From contig DIWP01000001.1 in assembly GCA_002423545.1 (NCBI GenBank), positions 25,171-89,170 on the forward strand: a stretch of 64,000 nucleotides of DNA, read 5' to 3'. The notes beneath the pieces were generated by a model that made no database searches, had not been told where the DNA came from, and saw only the letters and a list, made by a program, of their open reading frames with translations. Position numbers and translations under genes: made by a program. Below, one piece after another: positions 30,788 to 40,068 of this stretch (its first letter is position 1; every line of letters begins with the position of its first letter). The stretch comes from Thermoleophilia bacterium UBA6103. GTDB lineage: Bacteria > Actinomycetota > Thermoleophilia > UBA2241.

Positions 30788-32937
30788 GCGGGATCGTCCG
30801 CGTCGCCGGAAGCGTCGGCCTCTTCGTCGGTGGCGGCGGCGGCCGGAGAAGTGTCGTCTGCCGCGCCGGTGGCGGTCGGCTCCGCCGCCCCGTCGGACGC
30901 CGCGCCCGAGTCCGCGACTTCGAAGGCGCCATCGTCGGACGGCGCGCACACAGCGGAGGCGCCGACCGTTCGTTCGTCGGAAGCAGCGAACGTCGCCACG
31001 ACCGCCGCGATCCCATCGGCGTCGGTGGTGGGCGCCTGGCAGGTCGTGCCGCGACAGACAAAGGCCTGCGGCGGGCCGTCGAGGGCGAAGCCGTCGCGCA
31101 CCAGACGCTCGAGGTCGTGGTCGGCGTCGAGCACCTGCACGGTGCGCTGGGGTGTCGCGAGGCGCAGCGCCGCGCGGCGCAACGCTTGTGTCTCGGCCGC
31201 TGCCCCGTCTCCCACGACGATCACATGGATCTGCGGCTCGAGGAATCGGGTCAGCGTGGCAGCGACCGGCGCCGCGAGCAGGCCGTAACGGTCCACGAGC
31301 GAACGCAGGCTGGCCAGCAGCCGTGCCGCCCGGCGTCGGTGCCGCCGGTCGCCGGTGTACGCGGCCAGACGCAGCCAGACGTCGGCCATGGCGGCGCTTT
31401 CGTCGAGGGCCACCCGCGGTAGCGCCAGAAGGCCGGCGGCATCGACCGACCGCAGGCGGTCGAACAGGGCGCCGCCGGGCGCACTCAGGTGCTCATCGAC
31501 CCAGTCGGAGAGCAGTTCCGCCCGGGCGAGGTGGGTCCGCCTCCCCGACCACTCGTAGGCGTCAAGCAGGGCTGCCGCGACGCTCGCCTGGTCGCCGAGC
31601 ATGCCGTCGACCGGGCCTCCCACCAGCTCACCGCTTTGGGGCATGAGATAGTGGCCCATTGCGCGGCGGCCGTGAGCAGCATCCCACAGGGTGTCAAGCA
31701 GTCCGTCGGCGCGCTCGGCGTGGTCTGGGCGGTCGAGGACGATCGCCGCTTTGACCAGCGCTCTGGCGGCGAGCGCGTTCCAGTCGGTGTAGACGGTCGG
31801 GTCGACGAAGGGGGTCGTGCCGAGCTCGCGACGGGCGTCGAGATCGAGGCTGTAGTAGTGCTCGTCTGCGTCCTGGCTGCCGGCGTAGGCTCCGACCTCC
31901 GGCGACCAGAGCACGGTGTCCAGATACTCGAGGACACCACGAGCCACGTCCGCGTAGTGTTCGGCTGCAGCGGCGTGATCGCCGCCGCGCTCGCGGTGGA
32001 GCGCCGCCGCGTCGAGGTACACGCGAGCCAGACGCGCGTTGTCCTCGAGCATCTTCTCGTAGTGGGGCGCCGTCCAGTCGCGCTGGGTGGCGTAGCGGAA
32101 GAAGCCGTTCTCGGCCCGGTCGTACATGTCGCCGTCGGCCATGTGGTCGAGGGTGGTGGTGACGATCTCATCGAGACGCTCGTCGGTGGCACCGCAGAGC
32201 CGCAGCAAGAGAAACGAGAGCACCTCAGCTTGCGGGAACTTGGGCTCAGATCCGAATCCACCGTTGGCGGCGTCGAAGGCCAGCGAGGCCTGTTCGCGCA
32301 CGTCCGCCACCACTCCCGTGGCCCATTCGAGCTCTTCCGGCTCCAGTCCCAGCGTGTCCGCCAGCGGGCTGCGCGGTCCCGCGGCCGGCTCCGTATCGGC
32401 AGCGGCCGTCTCGGCATCGAGCTCGGGCGGCGCCGCGTCCATGCGCTCGCGCTCCTCCGCCTGCGCCGCGGCACGAAGCTGGCGCAGTGTCGCCGCCCGC
32501 TGCGCCGCACCGCGCTGCACGAGCTCCTGACGCTGCTTACCGTAGACCTCATCGACGCGCCGCAGGGCATCGAGCATGTTCTCCGCCGGCAGGTAGGTCG
32601 CTCCGGTGATCACGTCGCCGGTCTCGGTGAGGAACGCGGTGGTCGGCCAGCCGCCCATGTTGTAGCGGCGGTTGACGTCGGGCCGGCGGTCGTTGTCGAC
32701 GCGCGTGGGGATGAAGCGGTTGTTGATGAGCTCGATGATGCGCCGATCCGAGTAGGTGGTCTCGTCCATCACGTGACACCAGTGACACCAGACCGCGGAG
32801 AGCGAGAGCAGGACGGGCTTGCCGGCCGTCTGGGCCTCGCGGAAGACCTCGTCGCCCCAGCTGCGCCAGCGGATCTCATCGGCGCGGTTGGGGCGGGGCG
32901 AGAAGCGGAAGTCGGCGGTCTGGCCGGTAGAGCTCAT
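30784..32937 (-). CDS. thioredoxin-domain protein YyaL (DUF255; thioredoxin + six-hairpin alpha/alpha-toroid domain)
   Basis: N-terminal KPVLLSLSAVWCHWCHVMD (CxxC thioredoxin-like); long alpha-helical toroid-like body; acidic low-complexity C-terminal tail. Confidence 0.8.
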   Translation of the reverse strand: MSSTGQTADFRFSPRPNRADEIRWRSWGDEVFREAQTAGKPVLLSLSAVWCHWCHVMDETTYSDRRIIELINNRFIPTRVDNDRRPDVNRRYNMGGWPTTAFLTETGDVITGATYLPAENMLDALRRVDEVYGKQRQELVQRGAAQRAATLRQLRAAAQAEERERMDAAPPELDAETAAADTEPAAGPRSPLADTLGLEPEELEWATGVVADVREQASLAFDAANGGFGSEPKFPQAEVLSFLLLRLCGATDERLDEIVTTTLDHMADGDMYDRAENGFFRYATQRDWTAPHYEKMLEDNARLARVYLDAAALHRERGGDHAAAAEHYADVARGVLEYLDTVLWSPEVGAYAGSQDADEHYYSLDLDARRELGTTPFVDPTVYTDWNALAARALVKAAIVLDRPDHAERADGLLDTLWDAAHGRRAMGHYLMPQSGELVGGPVDGMLGDQASVAAALLDAYEWSGRRTHLARAELLSDWVDEHLSAPGGALFDRLRSVDAAGLLALPRVALDESAAMADVWLRLAAYTGDRRHRRRAARLLASLRSLVDRYGLLAAPVAATLTRFLEPQIHVIVVGDGAAAETQALRRAALRLATPQRTVQVLDADHDLERLVRDGFALDGPPQAFVCRGTTCQAPTTDADGIAAVVATFAASDERTVGASAVCAPSDDGAFEVADSGAASDGAAEPTATGAADDTSPAAAATDEEADASGDADDPA

Positions 32938-33171
32938 GCAGACTCCTGAGTGTCGTGGGCGACCGGACGAGCGGCCTCTCGGTGATCGTGGACTCGTGTG
33001 ATGCCACCAAACGGCATCGGCATCGTGTCACGTAGGGTGACGATGCGCGAGACATACCCGGCCGCACGGCCGCTGGAAACGCCGACCGGCGGTGTCCCGA
33101 CAGGTCCGGACCGGCGAGGGGCGCAGCGGGTACACTGGATCGCAGATCCCGTTCCCGTGAGAGGGGGTCAC

Positions 33172-33414
33172 ATGAGCCCTGCCATCCTGGGTGGCATCCT
33201 GCTCGGTGCGTTCCTGGCGCTGTGCTTCTGGCGCATCCTGTCCAGGGTCGGGTATACGCCGTGGGCGGCGTTCCTGGTGTTCGTGCCGGTCGTCGGCCAG
33301 ATCATCCTGGTCGTCTGGCTGGCCTTCGGCCATTGGCCGCTGCTGCAGTACATGGAAGCGTGGCGCCGCTGGTCCGAGCAGGACCGGCCCGGCCACGGAG
33401 ACGACTGGGCATAG
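33172..33414 (+). CDS. small hypothetical membrane protein (80 aa, 2 TM)
   Basis: ATG preceded by GAGGGGGT RBS; MSPAILGGILLGAFLALCFWRIL... Confidence 0.4.
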   Translation: MSPAILGGILLGAFLALCFWRILSRVGYTPWAAFLVFVPVVGQIILVVWLAFGHWPLLQYMEAWRRWSEQDRPGHGDDWA

Positions 33415-33520
33415 CGGGGCCGTGGCAGAGACGGCCCGGTGTCAGTGACGCCGGCCCGGGTGCATGGCGGGCTGTGCGAGGGCGCGACGTGGCCGACGTC
33501 GATGAGAGAGGAGGGCCGAG

Positions 33521-34159
33521 ATGGCGTATGCGGAGCCCGGCAGGTTCGAGATCCTTGCTGAGACGCTGATGCTCAACGCGTTGCTGAGCTCGATGTACCG
33601 CACGTACGTTGCGGACATGGGGTTGCACGGCGATGAGCGGGTGCTGGAGCTGGGCCCCGGTTCGGGCGCCCTGACGAAGCATCTGGCGCCGCTGCTTCGC
33701 GACCGTGGCCACCTGACCGAGGTCGACGTGACGCAGGCCTGGATCGAACGTCTGCGGCGCCGGTACGGCGACGGTGGGTGGATCGACGTCATCCACGCGG
33801 ATGTGCGCGCGGCGCCGCTCGTCGCCGACTCCTACGATGTCGTGCTGGTGCACTGGATGCTCCATGACGTGGAGGCGCCCGACAGGCAGGGTGTGATCAC
33901 GGCCCTGGCGCGGCTGCTGCGTCCCGCCGGCCGGCTCTTCCTGCGCGAGCCGACCAAAGAGAAGCACGGTATGAGCGCCGACGAAGTGCGCCGCCTGACG
34001 GCCGCCGCGGGACTGCAGGAAGAGGCTGCCGGGCACGGGAAGACCCTGTTCGCCGGTCGATACTTCGCCGGCCGCTACGTCAAGCCCGAGAGGGCCGGTG
34101 ACGACGGCCTCACCGGGTCTGGCGAGCTCGCGCCCAGTCGGGGTCGTCGCGCCAGATGA
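33521..34159 (+). CDS. class I SAM-dependent methyltransferase
   Basis: VLELGPGSGALT (motif I) and other Rossmann-fold methyltransferase features. Confidence 0.75.
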   Translation: MAYAEPGRFEILAETLMLNALLSSMYRTYVADMGLHGDERVLELGPGSGALTKHLAPLLRDRGHLTEVDVTQAWIERLRRRYGDGGWIDVIHADVRAAPLVADSYDVVLVHWMLHDVEAPDRQGVITALARLLRPAGRLFLREPTKEKHGMSADEVRRLTAAAGLQEEAAGHGKTLFAGRYFAGRYVKPERAGDDGLTGSGELAPSRGRRAR

Positions 34160-35033
34160 ACTCGTCGCGGCGCAGGTCGGTCAGGGCGCGGCGTATCTCG
34201 TCGTCGGTGTTCATGACGAACGGGCCGTAGCGGGCGATGGGCTCGTTGAGCGGCGCGCCGCTGATCAGCAGGTAGCGCACCCCTTCGGCGAACGTCCGCA
34301 CCCGCACTTCGTCGCCGTCATCGAAGACGACGAGCTGCGGGGCCCGCACGAGCTCGCCGTCGAGCTCGCCGCGGTAGTCAAGCTCGCAGCCGACGCCGAA
34401 GGTGCCGGAGCCCTCGAAGACGTACGCGAGACAGGTGTGGCCCGACGGCACGGCCTGCGCGAAGCGGCCGTCGGCGGGCATGGTGACGTCGAGGTACTCC
34501 GGCTCGGCGTAGATCTCGCCGACCGGACCGCGGACGCCGCCGGCTTCGCCGGCCACGACACGTGCGATCACGCCGCCGTCCAGCTCGGCCGCCGGGATGT
34601 CGGCGGCGGCGATCTCCTGGTAGCGGGGCCGCGACATCTTGAGCTCGGCCGGCATGTTCACCCAGAGCTGGAAGCCGTACATGCGGCCGTCGCGCGGCCG
34701 CGGCATCTCCGAGTGCATGATGCCGCCGCCGGCGGTCATCCACTGCACGTCGCCGGGACCGATGACGCCACTGTGGCCCAGGGTGTCACCGTGCTCCACC
34801 TCGCCGGCCAGCATGTACGTGACGGTCTCGATGCCGCGGTGCGGATGCAGCGGAAAGCCGGCCAGGTAGTCGGCCGGATCATCAGAGCCGAAGTGGTCGA
34901 GCAGCAGGAAGGGGTCCAGGTAGTCGAGCGCCCGGCCGCCGATACTGCGCTTGAGCTTGACACCGGCCCCCTCCAGGGTCGGCTGCGGCTCGACGATCCG
35001 TCCGACGCCTCGTGGTCGCAGCTCGGCGCTCAT
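34110..35033 (-). CDS. pirin family protein (bicupin)
   Basis: HPHRGIETVTYMLAGEVEHGD, GDVQWMTAGGGIMHSE; typical pirin cupin motifs. Confidence 0.85.
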   Translation of the reverse strand: MSAELRPRGVGRIVEPQPTLEGAGVKLKRSIGGRALDYLDPFLLLDHFGSDDPADYLAGFPLHPHRGIETVTYMLAGEVEHGDTLGHSGVIGPGDVQWMTAGGGIMHSEMPRPRDGRMYGFQLWVNMPAELKMSRPRYQEIAAADIPAAELDGGVIARVVAGEAGGVRGPVGEIYAEPEYLDVTMPADGRFAQAVPSGHTCLAYVFEGSGTFGVGCELDYRGELDGELVRAPQLVVFDDGDEVRVRTFAEGVRYLLISGAPLNEPIARYGPFVMNTDDEIRRALTDLRRDEFIWRDDPDWARARQTR

Positions 35034-35168
35034 GCGGTTCCTCCAGTCGTCCCCGTTCAGGGCGCCGGTCGTCCCGGTGCCGGTTCCGGCGCGACTATCG
35101 GACCGCCAGCCCCGCTCCGGCGCCTGGCCGGGTGGTACCCGCTGCGCCCGGTCCTACTCCCGGCGGCG

Positions 35169-36023
35169 TTAGGCCTGTGCCTTCGTGGCGGCGCAGATGA
35201 GCTCGGCCATACCGGGCCGGACCTTCTCGAAGGTCGCGCTGAAGCGGGGATCGGTCACATACATGCGTCCCAGCTCCGCGTGCATGGTCCGGGAGCACGG
35301 GTAGAACCAGCGGTCGATGAGCAGGCGGTGCCGTTCGACCGCCTCCAGAGTGCGGGGATGGTCCGGCGCCAGACCCTCGTCCATCACGGCCGCGATCCCG
35401 GCGTTCACTTCGTCGCTCTCGCTCTTGAACCGCTTCCAGTCCTCCGCGGTGTAGTCGGCGCAGCGGCGGGCGGACTCCCGGTAGGCGTCGGTGTCGCCCC
35501 AGCGTCGGCGTGTCTCGTCTGCGTGCTCGGCGGGGTCGAAGTCTCCGAAGACGTCGAACAGCTCTTCCTTGCTCATGCGTATCACTCCGCGTCGGGATGC
35601 CATGGTCCTGTCGATGAGGGCGAGCAGCGCCCGCAGGCGATCGATCCGGGCGGCCACCAGGCCGCGTTGCTCCAGCAGGGCCTCGCCGGGGTCGAAGGCG
35701 GGATCGGCCATCAGGTCGCGGATGCGCTGGAGGCTGAAGCCCAGCTCCCGGTAGAAGAGGATCTGCTGCAGTCGCTCCAGGTCCTCAGGTGTGTACAGAC
35801 GGTAGCCGGCGTCTGATCGCATGCTCGGCACGAGCAGGCCGATCTCGTCGTAGTGGTGCAGCGTCCGGACGCTCACGTGGGCGAGCCGCGACACATCACC
35901 GACCGTGCAGGTGGAGTGGCCCACCTGCATGCCGTCGTCGGCCGGCACGATGGCGGTCGGCCTGCCGCCGGAGCCGACGTCGTCCTTGACGGCCGCAGCG
36001 ATCTGTCGCCTGCCCCTGCGCAT
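35169..36023 (-). CDS. MerR-family transcriptional regulator, TipAL-like (HTH + TipAS antibiotic-recognition domain)
   Basis: CTVGDVSRLAHVSVRTLHHYDEIGLLVPSMRSDAGYRLY (MerR HTH) plus a TipAS-like C-terminal domain. ATG at 36023 has a strong AAGGAG RBS and gives a 31-aa N-terminal extension; alternative ATG at 35930 (MQVGHS...). Confidence 0.75.
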   Translation of the reverse strand: MRRGRRQIAAAVKDDVGSGGRPTAIVPADDGMQVGHSTCTVGDVSRLAHVSVRTLHHYDEIGLLVPSMRSDAGYRLYTPEDLERLQQILFYRELGFSLQRIRDLMADPAFDPGEALLEQRGLVAARIDRLRALLALIDRTMASRRGVIRMSKEELFDVFGDFDPAEHADETRRRWGDTDAYRESARRCADYTAEDWKRFKSESDEVNAGIAAVMDEGLAPDHPRTLEAVERHRLLIDRWFYPCSRTMHAELGRMYVTDPRFSATFEKVRPGMAELICAATKAQA

Positions 36024-36059
36024 GCTGCTCCTTCGTTCCTCACCGGCCCCCATGCTCGA

Positions 36060-36096
36060 GAAGAGGGTAGACCCTGACGTAACGTGAGAGTCAAGC
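36060..36096 (-). promoter_or_regulatory. MerR-type promoter with 19-bp spacer (TTGACT-N19-TACCCT) containing pseudo-palindromic ACGTtACGT operator
   Basis: Minus strand: cTTGACTctcacgttacgtcagggtcTACCCT. The long spacer is typical of MerR-activated promoters. Positioned upstream of the TipAL-like gene. Confidence 0.45.
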
Positions 36097-36331
36097 GTAC
36101 TCTGCCCTTTGAGTGCCAGGACATGCGTGCGCGCACGACAAGGGCCGCGCGGACAGATGCGCCGTGGCGCGGACAGATGTGCCGGTCGGCAGCGATGGTG
36201 TATCATCCTGCCGCATCCCGACGGAAAGGAGGCGACGCAGATGACAGCCCCGGCGCCCAGAGCGCGCACAGCGTTCACATCCACGTTCGTCTCCATTCCG
36301 GTGCGCCGCGACTGACACACTCGCGGGCACC

Positions 36332-37477
36332 TTGTCGGAAGGACCCGCGTTGTCTCACACCATACCCGGCGAGCCGCTCGGCTCCGCCGATGGATCTCAG
36401 CTCTCAGACCTCGAGCCACTCGGCTTCTCACCGCGCTGGCAGGCGCTGTTCGCGACTCTTGCCGGCCCCGACACCGTGCCCGCGCGCGTGATCCGCGCCG
36501 ATCGGGGCAGCACTCTCGTAGCGGGCGTCTCCGGCGTACTGCGGGCCCGGCCGACGGCCGCTCTCCTCAAGGACGCGGCCGGGTCGGCCGACCTGCCCAC
36601 CGTCGGCGACTGGGTCGTCGTCGCGGCGCCGCCCGATCACGACACGCCGCTCATCGAAGCCGTGCTTCCGCGCACCAGCGCGATCACGCGCGGAGACCCC
36701 GGAGACCAGTCCCAGGTACAGGTGCTGGCCGCCAACATCGACACGGTCTTCGTCGTCCACCCCATCGACGGGCCTCCCAACGTGCGCCGCATCGAGCGCG
36801 AGCTGTCGCTGGCGTGGGACTCGGGCGCCATACCGGTGGTGGTACTCACCAAGGCCGATGCCTCGCCGTCGCCTGACGAGGCGCGCGCCGAGGTGGAGGC
36901 GAGCGCCTTCGGCGTCGACGTTCTGCTTACAAGCGCGGTGCGCGGGCTCGGTGTCGACGACCTGCTCAAGTACCTGGCCGAGCATCGCACGGCGGCATTG
37001 ATCGGTCCCTCGGGTTCGGGCAAGTCGACGCTCACGAACGCACTGCTGGGTGAGGATCGTCAGGCCACCAGGGAGGTCCGGGAACACGACCGCCGCGGTC
37101 GCCATACTACGGTCGCCCGCGAGCTCATCGCGCTGCCGAAAGGCGGCCTCATCATCGATACGCCCGGGTTGCGCGCACTGGCGCTGACCGGCTCTGAGGC
37201 CGGCATCTCCAGCACCTTCCCGGACATCGAGGAAGCCGCTCTGGAGTGCCGTTTCCGCGACTGTACCCACACGGCCGAGCCGGGCTGCGGCGTGCAGGCG
37301 GCGGTCGAAGAGGGCACCATCCCGGCAGGTCGCCTGGAGAGCTACCGCAAGCTCCTGCGCGAGGCGGAGGTGGCCGCCATGAAGACCGACCCCCGTCTGC
37401 GCGCCGCGGAGGTCCGCAAGTGGAAGATCATTCACAAGTCGGTGAAGGACCACTATCGGCTGACCGGTCGGGGATGA
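36332..37477 (+). CDS. rsgA: ribosome small-subunit-dependent GTPase A (RsgA/YjeQ)
   Basis: Circularly permuted GTPase: VVLTKADA (G4), GPSGSGKSTL (G1), DTPG (G3); C-terminal Zn-finger CRFRDCTHTAEPGC. Confidence 0.85.
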   Translation: MSEGPALSHTIPGEPLGSADGSQLSDLEPLGFSPRWQALFATLAGPDTVPARVIRADRGSTLVAGVSGVLRARPTAALLKDAAGSADLPTVGDWVVVAAPPDHDTPLIEAVLPRTSAITRGDPGDQSQVQVLAANIDTVFVVHPIDGPPNVRRIERELSLAWDSGAIPVVVLTKADASPSPDEARAEVEASAFGVDVLLTSAVRGLGVDDLLKYLAEHRTAALIGPSGSGKSTLTNALLGEDRQATREVREHDRRGRHTTVARELIALPKGGLIIDTPGLRALALTGSEAGISSTFPDIEEAALECRFRDCTHTAEPGCGVQAAVEEGTIPAGRLESYRKLLREAEVAAMKTDPRLRAAEVRKWKIIHKSVKDHYRLTGRG

Positions 37478-37685
37478 GCCTCAGGGCGACGTCTGTGCAG
37501 CGAGCCGGGTTTCCAGTGCCACCCGCTGGTGAACACCGGTACGCTGGTACGGAGCAGAGAGGTTCTGCGGTGGTTCCTGGCGTTCACCACTCACGAGCCG
37601 ACCATCATGGCGGCGGCGCCGGGCGAAGGCCGGGCTGCGACCGGCGAAGACGGCGGACTGCCGCCGGACGGGAGGAGAGCGAGCG

Positions 37686-38441
37686 ATGAAGATCCGCGGT
37701 GAAGGACTCGAGCTGGCGCTCCGGGTCGTACTGAGCTGCCCGTGTCCCGTGACGCCCGACCAGGAGCGTCGCATCTTCGAGCTGGCGCAGGCCATGGCGC
37801 CCGACGAAGTCGGCGACTACGCGCGCGTCCTGGCGGTCTTCGATCAGGCGGGCACGCCGTTCCATCGGCTGGCCGACTTCGTCCGCTGGATGACCCCCGT
37901 CGACACCGAGGCGATCATCGAGCGCGAGCACGTGCTGCGAGCCAACGCGTCCTCGTACCACTGGGAGCATGCCATCTCCACGCTCCCTGGCGCCGTGAGC
38001 CGCGTCTCGTCGCTGTCGAGCTGGCTGCTGGCTCACATGATCCTGCCGGTCCGGCTTCAGGCCGGCGCCGACGGCGACGTGCGGGCCATCTACGCATACG
38101 GGTGTGGCGACCGCTTCGTCGAGCTGCGCCACGTCTTCCTGCCGCCCGAGCTTGCGCTGGCGTCCGGTCTGGAGCCCGCCGCAGCCGCCGCCGCCGGTTC
38201 GTCTGAGGCGGCTGCCCCGGCGTCCGCCGCCGACGGGCGGCTGTGGGCGATCCATTTCGCCGCCGCGCTCGGGCCGCTGCGGCCCGGTGAGGACCGTCTG
38301 CTGGTGGATCTGCTCGACGCCAACCGGCAGCTCACGATGCACCGCGAACGCGTCGTCTCGATCGACTATCGCGACTTCGAGCTGCAGGGCGACAACGCGG
38401 ACTTCTGCCGCCGTCGTCACGCGGCGTACTGGGGCAGCTGA
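37686..38441 (+). CDS. hypothetical protein
   Basis: 251-aa ORF with strong GC3 bias; no recognisable motif. Confidence 0.45.
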   Translation: MKIRGEGLELALRVVLSCPCPVTPDQERRIFELAQAMAPDEVGDYARVLAVFDQAGTPFHRLADFVRWMTPVDTEAIIEREHVLRANASSYHWEHAISTLPGAVSRVSSLSSWLLAHMILPVRLQAGADGDVRAIYAYGCGDRFVELRHVFLPPELALASGLEPAAAAAAGSSEAAAPASAADGRLWAIHFAAALGPLRPGEDRLLVDLLDANRQLTMHRERVVSIDYRDFELQGDNADFCRRRHAAYWGS

Positions 38442-38498
38442 CGACCTGAGACCGGCGTGGCACGGCGACGACAGCAGAGGATCCCTGGAGGTGGTGGG

Positions 38499-39290
38499 GT
38501 GCGCGCAAGGACCTTCGAGATCGCCCGTGGTGTCCACTGGCTGCCCATGCGCGGCGCCAACGTCTACCTCGTGGACTCAGGCGGGTCATGGGTGCTGATC
38601 GACGCCGGCTATCCGGGCTCCGCGGCGACCATAGAGGGGGTGGTCGGACGGCTCTGTCGCGGGGGCCGGCCGCGATCGATCCTCCTCACGCACGGTCATC
38701 CCGATCACGCCGGGGCGGCGGTGCGTCTGGCGGCGGACTGGGACGTGCCGATCCTTCTCCCCGAAGGTGAGGCCCCGTTCGTCAACGGTACGTCGCTCTA
38801 TCCCGAGCCGCTGGTCTTCTGGCTGGCGCGGCTGTTGCCGCGGCGGGCCATGGAGGCGCTCGCCCGGGGCAGTGACCTGGGTGGTGACGTGCGACCCTTC
38901 GATCCTCAGACGGGTGCGCCCGGCATGCCGGACTGGACCGTGGTCGCCACACCGGGCCATACGCCGGGCCACGTCGCCCTCTTCAGGCCCGGCGACAGGA
39001 CGCTGATCAGCGGCGACGCCGTCCTGACGCTCGCCTGGCACAGTCGCCTCGGCAGCCGGGGGGTCGGCTGGCTGTGGGACCTGGCGCGCTGCAGGCCGCG
39101 GCTCTGCGGTCCGCCGACGGTCTTCACCTGCGACTGGCGCGCCGCGGCCACGTCGATCGCCACTCTGGCAGATCTGGAGCCCTGGGTCCTCGCGGCGGGC
39201 CACGGCGTCCCGCTCGCCGGCCGGCACGTCGCTCCGGCACTTCGCGACCTCGCTTCGCGCGTCTCCCCACCGTCTCTCGCCGGAGACTGA
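38499..39290 (+). CDS. MBL-fold metallo-hydrolase
   Basis: GTG start after GGAGGTGGTGGG. ILLTHGHPDHAG (HxHxDH), VVATPGHTPGH. Confidence 0.8.
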   Translation: MRARTFEIARGVHWLPMRGANVYLVDSGGSWVLIDAGYPGSAATIEGVVGRLCRGGRPRSILLTHGHPDHAGAAVRLAADWDVPILLPEGEAPFVNGTSLYPEPLVFWLARLLPRRAMEALARGSDLGGDVRPFDPQTGAPGMPDWTVVATPGHTPGHVALFRPGDRTLISGDAVLTLAWHSRLGSRGVGWLWDLARCRPRLCGPPTVFTCDWRAAATSIATLADLEPWVLAAGHGVPLAGRHVAPALRDLASRVSPPSLAGD

Positions 39291-39409
39291 GGCATCTGCC
39301 GGGCGGGTACGGTCGTATGACCGAAATGCCGCATGTGGCTGTCGAGGTCCCGCGGAAGCTTCGGTCACCGCGGTGCTCGCCGGATCCAGCAGCCTTGAGA
39401 CGATCGGAG

Positions 39410-39898
39410 ATGACGATGGAGGCACCCCAGCAGATCACACCGAACGGACTGCCCGACTACCTGGAGGTGATCACCAGAGCGATCTTCCAGGCCGGCATGT
39501 CGTGGCGGGTCATCGCGGCCAAGTGGGACGGATTCCGCGAGGCCTTCCAGGGCTTCGACCCGGGGAAGGTGGCAGCCTTCACGCTGGACGACATCGAACG
39601 GCTGGCGGCGGATCCGCGGATCGTCCGCAACCGCCGCAAGATCGAGGCGACGGTGCTCAACGCACAGGAACTGCTCGAGTTCGACCGTGAGCCCGACGGG
39701 TTCAAGGCCTACCTGCAGTCGCACGGCGGGTTCGACGCCACCGTGGCCGACCTGCGCCGGCACTTCAGGTTCCTCGGCGACACCGGCGCGTACTACTTCC
39801 TCTACGTCGTCGGCGAGCCGGTGCCGCCGCACGAGGAGTGGATGGCGGCCCATCCGGGCGCCGGCCGGGGTACGGCGAAGCGGAGCCGCCAGGCCTGA
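39410..39898 (+). CDS. tag: DNA-3-methyladenine glycosylase I (Tag)
   Basis: IFQAGMSWRVIAAKWDGFREAF, RIVRNRRKIEA, GDTGAYYFLYVVG are Tag family signatures. Start ATG 39410 or 39416. Confidence 0.8.
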   Translation: MTMEAPQQITPNGLPDYLEVITRAIFQAGMSWRVIAAKWDGFREAFQGFDPGKVAAFTLDDIERLAADPRIVRNRRKIEATVLNAQELLEFDREPDGFKAYLQSHGGFDATVADLRRHFRFLGDTGAYYFLYVVGEPVPPHEEWMAAHPGAGRGTAKRSRQA

Positions 39899-40068
39899 GC
39901 GGTCCCGAGGTCGCCGGGCCTTCGCCTTCGACGGTCCGGAGATCCAAGACCGCCGCCTCCCGCCGGCAACGTTCTTCCTGCATTCCTGCAGAAACGGCGG
40001 ATGATGACCGGTCTCCGTCGTGTTGTCGTCCCGCTCGTCCCTCTTGTCGCTCCGGTATCATTCAAGGC

